20,000 nucleotides of DNA from Picochlorum sp. SENEW3 (Eukaryota), in assembly GCA_034226945.1 (NCBI GenBank), contig CP120454.1:1542226-1562225 (forward strand), read 5' to 3'. The notes below the pieces were generated by a model. The model saw only the letters and a program-made list of their open reading frames with translations. It was not told where the DNA came from and searched no databases. Made by a program: the position numbers and the translations under genes. The first letter of the stretch is position 1. Every line of letters begins with the position of its first letter. Shown in pieces: positions 11,250 to 19,870 of the stretch.

Positions 11250-11906
11250 AAATCAAAAAATACATTCCTGGATTTTTGATATATGCTTTTTCATGATGTA
11301 TATAATCTACAACTGTTCTTGAAAAGAGTCGGATCCGGGGAGAATATGGGAAGATTGGAGGGTGAAGCTAGAATGACCACTGACAACCAGTGTCCACCTT
11401 GGCTCGTCAATATCTCGGCAAAATCAAAAAATACATTCCTGGATTTTTGACATATGCTTTTTCATGGTGTATATAATCTACAACTGTTCTTGAAAAGAGT
11501 CGGATCCGGGGAGAATATGGGAAGATTGGAGGGTGAAGCTAGAATGACCACTGACAACCAGTGTCCACCTTGGCTCGTCAATATCTCGGCAAAATCAAAA
11601 AATACATTCCTGAATTTTCGATATATGCTTTTTCATGGTGTATATAATCTACAACTGTTCTTGAAAAGAGTCGGATCCGGGGAGAATATGGGAAGATTGG
11701 AGGGTGAAGCTAGAATGACCACTGACAACCAGTGTCCACCTTGGCTCGTCAATATCTCGGCAAAATCAAAAAATACATTCCTGGATTTTTGACATATGCT
11801 TTTTCATGGTGTATATAATCTACAACTGTTCTTGAAAAGAGTCGGATCCGGGGAGAATATGGGAAGATTGGAGGGTGAAGCTAGAATGACCACTGACAAC
11901 CAGTGT
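11250..11906. repeat. Tandem array, 171-bp unit, ~3.8 copies
   Basis: AAATCAAAAAATACATTCC recurs at 11250, 11421, 11592 and 11763. Copies differ at only a few positions. Confidence 0.97.
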
Positions 11907-11938
11907 AAAGGGGTGTTCAGAACCTCAAACTTTTGGCA

Positions 11939-12101
11939 TGGGGTCACTTTTCTGGCCGCATGAGACATCTTCCTCTGGGTCTGTCGCATTCAGCAGGCTT
12001 GTATATCTAATATCTCAAATGCCCTCTCCCGGATTTGCCATACTCGCGACGACCGACCAGATAGCGAGGGGTGGTTGGGAAGGCCAGTGCAACACCCTTG
12101 G
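11939..12101. repeat. 160-bp tandem array, left part (1 copy, cut off by the LTR insertion)
   Basis: TGGGGTCACTTTTCTGGCCGCATGAG...CCCTTGG, the same unit as 16472-17248 and in register across the TSD. Confidence 0.95.
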
Positions 12102-12397
12102 TGTAGCAGAGAGCTACGTCCTTGTGGGAAGAGATCTCTGGGGAGATCTGTCATCATCAGCATCTTCATATACTGAGAATCATTATTTCTCATGTAACTT
12201 CTAATTCAAGTACTTTTAGTGAATATGAGAGATACCCACTGTATGATTAATTGCTATGCAATCCACACTATAGTCGAACCTCACTGCGTGTGAAGGTTGA
12301 ACGCTCCCTGTCGGCAACGGCTGGCGAGCGCATGTTGGCAGCATGCCGTGTCACTCTGGAAGGAAGTCCAGAACCACACTGGCGACATGCTGTTACA
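12102..12397 (+). repeat. 5' LTR (296 bp)
   Basis: TGTAGCAG...CTGTTACA with a 7/8 terminal inverted repeat. Contains TGTAA at 12193-12197. Repeated at 16176-16471. Confidence 0.96.
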
Positions 12398-12398
12398 T

Positions 12399-12410
12399 TG
12401 GTTCCAGCTA
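12399..12410 (+). other. Primer-binding-site-like sequence
   Basis: TGGTTCCAGCTA begins 1 nt after the LTR end. The cognate tRNA is not identified. Confidence 0.6.
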
Positions 12411-12418
12411 TACCCTAA

Positions 12419-15400
12419 TGTGGCCAGTCCACATCGCTGCAGCACTGTGAGGTCGCTGTCCCAGGCGAGGAGGAATTCACAACAAAAGGATCTGGAGATC
12501 GATCAGGAACAGGGGATTGTATTCAAGAAACGCCTGGACCACCCCTGGAGTCCAATAGTAACAAGAATGAGCTTGTTGAGGAATCGCACAGTACGGCCGC
12601 TTTGACCAAAGCTGGTGTTCATGATGGGGACTGTGTTTCCAAGGATCGAGATTTATACCATCTCCAGGAGTCGAAGAAAGGTGATAAAGGGTTGATATTC
12701 TCTTTCGACGGCTACATCAAAGGATACAGAGTGCGGATTTTAATGGATTCGGGCGCTGAGGAAAACTTCGTGGCTGAGAATTTCCTCACCAGGACTAGTG
12801 GCTTGAATGTGACGACAGGTCGACCGCTAGTGCTTAAGCTTCCAGACGGGTCATCTGGAAGGAGTATTGATCAAGTCCTAAATTGTTCTTTGAGGATTGT
12901 GCAACATGGAGCTCGGGAGTGTATGACACATGTGGCCCTCCGAGTGGCACCCTTGAACAGCAAGTACGATGTGTATTTAGGCCAGCCGTGGTTGAAGGCA
13001 CAAGGAGCCAGTTTGTGCTATCAATCCATGTCTGTTTTGTTGAGAAAGCCGACCCAAAGAGTTCTGCATGCCCAGGAAGATGAAATACTGCTGACTGCTC
13101 CTGATATGGAGAGATGCCAATCTGCCTCGGATGTAGAAGAGACGTATATGATTCACGTGAGCACTCGGCGTGAAGAGCCACTAGGTCGTGCGACAGATGA
13201 AAAGGGTCTTCATGCTCTGGAAATGGGAGCAGAGCAGGAAGACCAGAAGGAGTTTCTACAGGAATTGAAGGATTCGTATGGTGAGATTATGCTGGAGGGG
13301 CAATTGCCTCCAGATGCTTCTGAAGGTAGACCGTATGCTGTGGAACATCACATTGACTTGGTACCTGGAACAAAAGCAAAGGTGCAACCGTTGAGGAGGA
13401 TGTCCCCTACGTTGCTGGGAGAGCTTCGCAAGCAGTTGCAGCAGTTCCTGGACAAGAGGATTATTGAACCATCCACGTCGCCTTTTGGTTCCAATGTGTT
13501 GTTCGTCAAGAAGAAGAATGGTGATCTGCGCATGTGCGTAGATTACAGGATGCTCAATCAGCAGACAGTCAAGGACAGTTATCCCTTGCCCAACATTGAC
13601 GAGTTGTTGGATCAACTGTCTGGAGCCAAGTACTTCACAGCACTGGATCTCAATTCGGGGTATCACCAGATTCCTGTAGCAAGGAAAGACAGACACAAAA
13701 CAGCTTTCAGAACGAGGTATGGCTCATATCAGTTTCGAGTGATGCCATTTGGGTTGACCAATGCTCCGGCAACGTTTCAAGCCTGGATGAATAAGCTGCT
13801 CAAGCCCCACATGGATGCCTTTGTGGTGGTGTTTCTGGATGATATTCTCATCTTTAGCAAGACCAAGAAAAAGCATAAGGAGCATGTTCGGACTGTTTTG
13901 AAGTGTCTGAAGAAAAACAAAGTATATTTGAATATGAAGAAGTGCGAGTTCTTTCGACAGAGCACCAAGTTTCTAGGATTTGTGGTGACATCCGAGGGCA
14001 TCAAGCCTGACCAGAGACTCGTGGAAAAGATAGCTACGTTTCCAAGACCTGCCAACAAGAGGCAGATTAGGTCCTTTTTGGGAGCTGTGGGATTTTACAG
14101 AAGGTTCATTAAAGATTTTGCCAAGATTGCCCTGCCTTTGACATCATTGACAAAGCAGGAGGTGCCTTTTGTATGGACCCAGGAGGCTCAGCAAGCGTAC
14201 GAAATTCTCAGGAACGCTTTGACGACGTATCCAGTCTTGAGATTGGTGGATATGTCCAAGCCATTTCATGTATTCACAGATGCTTCGGAGTATGCCGTGG
14301 GAGGAGTTCTCACACAGCTGGTGGATGGCATGTATCATCCTCTTGGATATTATTCGAAGAAGCTGGAAGGCGCCGAGCTCAGATATTCTGTGTATGACAA
14401 GGAATTTCTTGCTATGAAACTCACAGTGTGGCGTTTCAGGTGTTACTTGCTGGGGCAGCCAAAGAATGTGGTTTTTACTGATCACAGGCCCTTGACTCAT
14501 TTGCCCACTCAAAAGGATCTGAATGGTGTGCAAATTAGATGGCTGAACAAGCTGGCTGATTTTAATCTGGATATTCAGTACATTGAGGGAAAGAAGAATT
14601 GTATTGCTGATTTGCTCAGCAGACCTCCAGAAGTGGTATTGAATTCTGTGGCCGTGGGCTTGCAGCTGGATGAGGCTCTGCTCAACAGATTGAGGCAGTT
14701 GTACAAGACAGACAAGTTTATTGGGTCGATTCGAAAGTGTTATAAGCAACGAGTTCCAGTGCCCTCCATTCTGAATCACGTCAACATGGATGCTGTGACT
14801 GAACACAATGGATTGCTGTATTATGCACCATCACCTCAGCACCCAAAGCGGTTGATCATTCCAGACAATGCTTCGTTCAAGACCGAGTTGTTGATGCTGC
14901 ACCATGACAGCATGTTCAGTGGTCATCCTGGAAGGGATAAGATGTGCAAGGACCTGGCCAGGTACTACTTTTGGCCTCGAATGCAAGATGATGTGGCCAA
15001 GTATGTCAAAGAGTGTCCTGTCTGCCAGAGTGTCAAGAGCCTGAATCAGCCTGCTGCTGGATTGTTACAGCCATTGCCTGTTCCTGCCAAGCCTTGGGAC
15101 CAGGTTACAATTGATTTCATCACAGATTTGCCGTTGACTGCCAGAAAGAATTCTCAGATTGTGGTGATGGTGGACAAGTTCACCAAATGTCTCACCGTTG
15201 CACCAGCACCTGCGTCGTTGGATGCCAAAGGTACTGCTTCCATCTTTCTGCAGTATGTGTATCGTTTGCATGGCATGCCGTCGAGCATTGTGTCAGACAG
15301 AGATCCAAAGTTTACGAGTCAGTTCTGGATCGAGCTCATGAGCCAGCTGGGTTGCCAGAAGTTGCAATCCACTGCCTATCATCCACAGACGGATGGGCAG

Positions 15401-16102
15401 ACTGAAAGAGTGAATCGAGTGCTGGAAGATATGATTCGATGCTACTGTGATGAATACACGAATACGTGGGATGAATTATTATGGCCTCTGGAGTTTGCTT
15501 ACAATGATTCGTATCAGCAATCGACCAAGTTCACTCCATTTTATTTGAATTATGGTCGTCATCCCAGAAAGCCCCATACCATTGCTTTAGGTCTGGAAGA
15601 GACTGAGAAGACTACAGCGAGCTCTGAATATTTGGATGTGTTATTTCGTTGCCATCAGGCTGCAACCCACAACATGAGGGTGGCACAACAGAGACAAGCT
15701 CATTATGCCAACAAATCCAGAAGAGTGGCTGTCTACAAGGAAGGAGATCAAGTTCTGCTCTCCACTCACAAATTGAAGTGGGAAGGAAAGCAATTCAAAA
15801 AGCTGCAACCTCGCTGGATTGGACCATTCACGGTTGTGAGGGTGATTCCCAACAATGCTGTTGAATTGAATTCCAAGCAACAAGGCTATGCTTTCCACCC
15901 AGTCGTCAATGTGGATCGAGTGAAGCATTATCATTCCCGAATGAATATTGATGCGATGAACCATCAATTGGAAAGAGAATGGGATGATTCTACAGCAGAA
16001 AATGCAGAGGAATTTCCTCAAAACGACAAGGTTCATGCTTCCGACGACACCACTATGAATTCAGATGATGATGATTTGATCATTCCTTTGGATGATGAAT
16101 AA
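12419..16102 (+). CDS. pol: Pol polyprotein frame (protease, reverse transcriptase, RNase H, integrase); translation start unresolved
   Basis: The frame is open from 12419 (after TAA 12416-12418) to TAA at 16102; the ORF track starts it at TTG 12602. Motifs: PR DSGA (ATG 12743 directly before), RT RMCVDYR, MPFGLTNAPATFQ and FLDD (13832-13843), RH TDAS and DH, IN H..H..CPVC, IDF/SDRD/GQTER, GPF. It ends in an acidic tail with no chromodomain. Confidence 0.93.
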   Translation, partial: CGQSTSLQHCEVAVPGEEEFTTKGSGDRSGTGDCIQETPGPPLESNSNKNELVEESHSTAALTKAGVHDGDCVSKDRDLYHLQESKKGDKGLIFSFDGYIKGYRVRILMDSGAEENFVAENFLTRTSGLNVTTGRPLVLKLPDGSSGRSIDQVLNCSLRIVQHGARECMTHVALRVAPLNSKYDVYLGQPWLKAQGASLCYQSMSVLLRKPTQRVLHAQEDEILLTAPDMERCQSASDVEETYMIHVSTRREEPLGRATDEKGLHALEMGAEQEDQKEFLQELKDSYGEIMLEGQLPPDASEGRPYAVEHHIDLVPGTKAKVQPLRRMSPTLLGELRKQLQQFLDKRIIEPSTSPFGSNVLFVKKKNGDLRMCVDYRMLNQQTVKDSYPLPNIDELLDQLSGAKYFTALDLNSGYHQIPVARKDRHKTAFRTRYGSYQFRVMPFGLTNAPATFQAWMNKLLKPHMDAFVVVFLDDILIFSKTKKKHKEHVRTVLKCLKKNKVYLNMKKCEFFRQSTKFLGFVVTSEGIKPDQRLVEKIATFPRPANKRQIRSFLGAVGFYRRFIKDFAKIALPLTSLTKQEVPFVWTQEAQQAYEILRNALTTYPVLRLVDMSKPFHVFTDASEYAVGGVLTQLVDGMYHPLGYYSKKLEGAELRYSVYDKEFLAMKLTVWRFRCYLLGQPKNVVFTDHRPLTHLPTQKDLNGVQIRWLNKLADFNLDIQYIEGKKNCIADLLSRPPEVVLNSVAVGLQLDEALLNRLRQLYKTDKFIGSIRKCYKQRVPVPSILNHVNMDAVTEHNGLLYYAPSPQHPKRLIIPDNASFKTELLMLHHDSMFSGHPGRDKMCKDLARYYFWPRMQDDVAKYVKECPVCQSVKSLNQPAAGLLQPLPVPAKPWDQVTIDFITDLPLTARKNSQIVVMVDKFTKCLTVAPAPASLDAKGTASIFLQYVYRLHGMPSSIVSDRDPKFTSQFWIELMSQLGCQKLQSTAYHPQTDGQTERVNRVLEDMIRCYCDEYTNTWDELLWPLEFAYNDSYQQSTKFTPFYLNYGRHPRKPHTIALGLEETEKTTASSEYLDVLFRCHQAATHNMRVAQQRQAHYANKSRRVAVYKEGDQVLLSTHKLKWEGKQFKKLQPRWIGPFTVVRVIPNNAVELNSKQQGYAFHPVVNVDRVKHYHSRMNIDAMNHQLEREWDDSTAENAEEFPQNDKVHASDDTTMNSDDDDLIIPLDDE

Positions 16103-16162
16103 CCTGCTCTTGGCAGGGAGGTAAACATGCCCTGTTCCAAATGAGGACATTTGGTTGTTCTT

Positions 16163-16174
16163 GGCAGGGAGGAA
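16163..16174 (+). other. Polypurine tract
   Basis: GGCAGGGAGGAA ends 1 nt upstream of the 3' LTR. Confidence 0.85.
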
Positions 16175-16175
16175 T

Positions 16176-16471
16176 TGTAGCAGAGAGCTACGTCCTTGTG
16201 GGAAGAGATCTCTGGGGAGATCTGTCATCATCAGCATCTTCATATACTGAGAATCATTATTTCTCATGTAACTTCTAATTCAAGTACTTTTAGTGAATAT
16301 GAGAGATACCCACTGTATGATTAATTGCTATGCAATCCACACTATAGTCGAACCTCACTGCGTGTGAAGGTTGAACGCTCCCTGTCGGCAACGGCTGGCG
16401 AGCGCATGTTGGCAGCATGCCGTGTCACTCTGGAAGGAAGTCCAGAACCACACTGGCGACATGCTGTTACA
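16176..16471 (+). repeat. 3' LTR (296 bp)
   Basis: No differences from 12102-12397 found by eye. Followed by the TSD CTTGG. Confidence 0.96.
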
Positions 16472-17248
16472 CTTGGGGTCACTTTTCTGGCCGCATGAGA
16501 CATCTTCCTCTGGGTCTGTCGCATTCAGCAGGCTTGTATATCTAATATCTCAAATGCCCTCTCCCGGATTTGCCATACTCGCGACGACCGACCAGATAGC
16601 GAGGGGTGGTTGAGAAGACCAGTGCAACGCCCTTGGGGTCACTTTTCTGGCCGCATGAGACATCTTCCTCTGGGTCTGTCGCATTCAGCAGGCTTGTATA
16701 TATCATATCTCAAATGCCCTCTCCCGGATTTGCCATACTCGCGACGACCGACCAGATAGCGAGGGGTGGTTGAGAAGGCAGCTGCAACGCCCTTGGGGCC
16801 ACTTTTCTGGTCGCATGAGACATCTTCCTCTGGGTCTGTCGCTTTCAGCAGGCTTGTATATATAATATCTCAAATGCCCTCTCCCGGATTTGCCATACTC
16901 GCGACGACCGACCAGATAGCGAGGGGTGGTTGGGAAGTCCAGTGCAACGCCCTTGGGGTCACTTTTCTGGTCGCGTGAGACATCTTCCTCTGGGTCTGTC
17001 GCATTCATCAGGCTTGTATATATAATATCTCAAATGCCCTCTCCCGGATTTGCCATACTCGCGACGACCGACCAGATAGCGAGGGGTGGTTGAGAAGGCA
17101 GCTGCAACGCCCTTGGGGTCACTTTTCTGGTCGCGTGGGAGGTCTTCCTCGGGGTCTGTCGCATTCAGCAGGCTTGTATATATAATATCTCAAATGCCCT
17201 CTCCCAGATTTGCCATACTCGCGACGACCGACCAGATAGCGAGGGGTG
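16472..17248. repeat. 160-bp tandem array, right part (~4.9 copies)
   Basis: CTTGGGG(T/C)CACTTTTCTGG starts at 16472, 16632, 16792, 16952 and 17112. The last copy is truncated at ~17248. Confidence 0.97.
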
Positions 17249-18519
17249 TGTTTGGGAGTCACTTCCCAACGCTTGGGATACGATTGTGGGCACGTGAGCA
17301 CTATATCGTAGCGTCCGTGGTGCTACTAAGCCTTGCATGTATCCGAAAAACCTATGCAAGGAGCCAGATGGCGCATTTACATGGCGAGGACGCACCTTGG
17401 CCACCGCATGTTTTTGCAATGGGCCAGGAATCAAAGCACAAGCAGTTGCCTCAGACTCGAAGGTTGAAAGCTCTCACCCGTGGTCTCCCGACTTTAGGCA
17501 TTTCATATCGACTTGATGAGAAGGAACTAGCAGTGTAAAGAGCTTCTCCGCTCACCAGCGTCAGGAGTATTTCGCGTCGCATTCACCACCAATGTTCACA
17601 ACAGAATTCGCAACAATCTCAGGGCAAAGCAACGCGTGTGACTTTGATGTATGGAGGGAGAAAGATATATCAATATAAGATACTAGAGGGTGGAAAACCT
17701 GGGAGAAGGAGGTCGTGGCTTGTTGGCACCGTTGTGAGTGTTGTCATGACATTCCCGTGGAACGGTTGTTGTTGGAACCCTGTTGTGCTCCGTGGTGGTC
17801 AGTCATCGGCTCTTTCGACTGATATGTAATTTTAAAGTAAGAATGACGCTCCCTTATGCCCAAAAAGGAACGATTCTCGGCGTGTTCGTCCCAACCGTCG
17901 CGACGCGATCGGAGTGGACCAACGTCGGTTGGTGAGGTCCATTCGACTCGGCGCCGATGTAAATAGCCCTTAATATTGTTATATTTGTCCAATCATCCAA
18001 TACCAACAACCAATACTGCTATGCACTGCAGGTGAGTGGTGGCAAGGGTGTGGGATCGCCGAGGCCACATGATGCGTCGTGTGCAAGAAGGTGGCTGAGT
18101 GCGTTTTCTGTTTAGGTTCACATCTGCGGTGCTACTACCAAGTCTTCTATGTATCCAAAGAAACTATGGAAGGTGCCAAATGGTGCATTTATACAGCATG
18201 GACAGCGTCGGCCTCCTTTTCTTTTTCAGGCGTGTGCGTCCGTAAATGAGGACAATAAAAAAGGATGACCATCAAAACCACACGCTTTCACCGCTCGGCC
18301 ACACTCAGCGTGCTTTTTTTCATCTCCCATCACAACGGAGTTTTGACCGGTGGTGGTAGTTTCTTTTCGATGTTGGTTTCCTTCGTCCGATGGAAGACCC
18401 CTTCTGATGGGAGCGCCTGGATATGTGGAGCACACAGCAGTCAGGAGGAGAGCTGATGAGCAGTCTTTCTTTGCTGTACTGTAAAAACACGACGAGATCT
18501 TCCCCATTCAAAGACGCTG

Positions 18520-19870
18520 CGCAGTTCTATACTACTATTACTATCCTAATTGCAACTCATGAAGTCTATGTAAGTAAGTAAGTACGCGTGCCTCGCATGA
18601 TGATGATATTGAGAGATGCTCCAGCATTGCAGCTGCTGCAATGTTACTCTGGTGCTTGTCTCAGCTTGCTTGTTGTTGTTGTTGTGAAGACGACGATTTC
18701 TTTTCATTTTATTCTTGTTTCATGTCTTCTATTTATTCTTTTTATATATACTACTACTATTATACCTCTCTCTATCTCATATGTTGTCTGTGTAGGGTAG
18801 CTCCTGGTTCTGCTTGTGTGCAGGATAGACTTGTGTGCTTTGTTCTGTTCTGTTATTATTGGGTGGTATTATTGCTCGTGTCGATTGTTGTTGTGCATGT
18901 TATTATCATTATTACTACTATTTCTCTAACTACTACTATGAGATATTTATTTTCTTTTGATTGCTTTGCTTCTTTGCTGATGTGCTGTCTCGTGTTGGAG
19001 CAGCAGTAGCAGTAGCAGATCTTGTGGTGTGTGTGGTGTCCGAGGAGGAGGAGTTGTTGTTTCACGTGGTGTGCGACGCTTTGATGAGTGCTTTTTTTAA
19101 AACTATACTATACAACACCCTTTTTATTTTGTGTATTGGCTTGGTTGGTATATTTTTGGTGGTGGTCCCAGTCAAGTCCAGGGGTGGTGATGGGAAGATC
19201 GCCATTCTTGTTCCGAGATGCTCCCTCTTCTTCTTCAGACATGTGGCAGCAGACCTGTTTGATGTTTTGCACCACTGGTTGTGCGACGTTTTTTTACTGA
19301 TGGGTGTTTATTATTCTTATTTAAATTGGTACTCTTCTTCTTACTTACTTACTTAATGTTGTGTCCTTCTGTTGATGTTGCTGTTGTTGTTGTGAAGAAG
19401 AAGACAGAGATTCTTTTCATTCATGCATAGCCTAGCATAGTATAGATTGTTATTGTGTCATTATGATTATTATGAGATTTTTATCTTTTGATTTTGGTTT
19501 TGCTTCCTTCTTTTGTGTTGGTTGCTGTTGTTGTTGTCTTCTCTTGTTGTAGTAGTAGTAGGAGAAGGAGGAGGAGCAGTAGTAGTAGCAGAGCTTGTGG
19601 TATGCCGTGTCTTTTGTTGTTGTCGTTGTTGTTGTATATATAGTATAGTAGGTGTTTATTATTATAATAATAATTATTCTTCTTGATATTGTATTGTATA
19701 TTCTCGTTCTTTTGGTGGTGTTTTTGGATGTTTTTTTGGTTGGTGTGTTTTTTTGGTTAGGGTATTTTGGTCTTGTTGGTGGTGTTTTTTCTTGGCTTTA
19801 TTTTTGATTTTTTGGATATTTTCTTATTTTTGGGTAGTTTTGTGTTTGTTTAATTTAGAAATCGTGTTTA
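18520..19870. repeat. Low-complexity, T/G-skewed tract (TTG, TAG, TTA, CTA runs) with internal degenerate duplication
   Basis: Very T-rich and C-poor + strand with many short trinucleotide runs and no credible coding frame. Confidence 0.8.

Larger units (their letters stand above)
12102..16471 (+). mobile_element. Ty3/gypsy LTR retrotransposon encoding Pol only, no gag (4370 bp)
   Basis: Two 296-bp LTRs that read as identical, TSD CTTGG at 12097-12101 and 16472-16476, a PBS-like site, a PPT, and the gypsy domain order PR-RT-RH-IN. Confidence 0.96.

Noticed and set aside
11250..11420. Relationship of the 171-bp unit to primate alpha satellite
   Set aside because: Only the length coincides. 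I see no sequence resemblance or CENP-B box.
11250..11906. CRISPR-like array or 112-aa repeat protein (11454-11792)
   Set aside because: Units repeat in full with no unique spacers. The ORF arises because 171 is a multiple of 3, and it is closed by TGA variants in other copies.
12398..12412. Tf1-type self-priming PBS
   Set aside because: I found no ~11-nt complement to the PBS within the LTR, only 6-7-nt matches.
12834..16036. Antisense and alternative-frame ORFs within pol, such as a hidden gag or env
   Set aside because: Typical shadow ORFs of a long coding frame with no recognisable motifs.
16472..17538. ORFs in the 160-bp array (e.g. 16766-16978, 17086-17538)
   Set aside because: They are translations of a non-triplet tandem repeat with shifting frames and show no protein features.
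17880..17960. GC-rich stem-loop (ACCAAC-GTCG-GTTGGT) as tRNA, 5S or ribozyme
   Set aside because: No cloverleaf, A/B boxes or ribozyme core could be recognised.
18588..19356. Hydrophobic membrane-protein-like ORFs
   Set aside because: Artefacts of T-rich low-complexity sequence.
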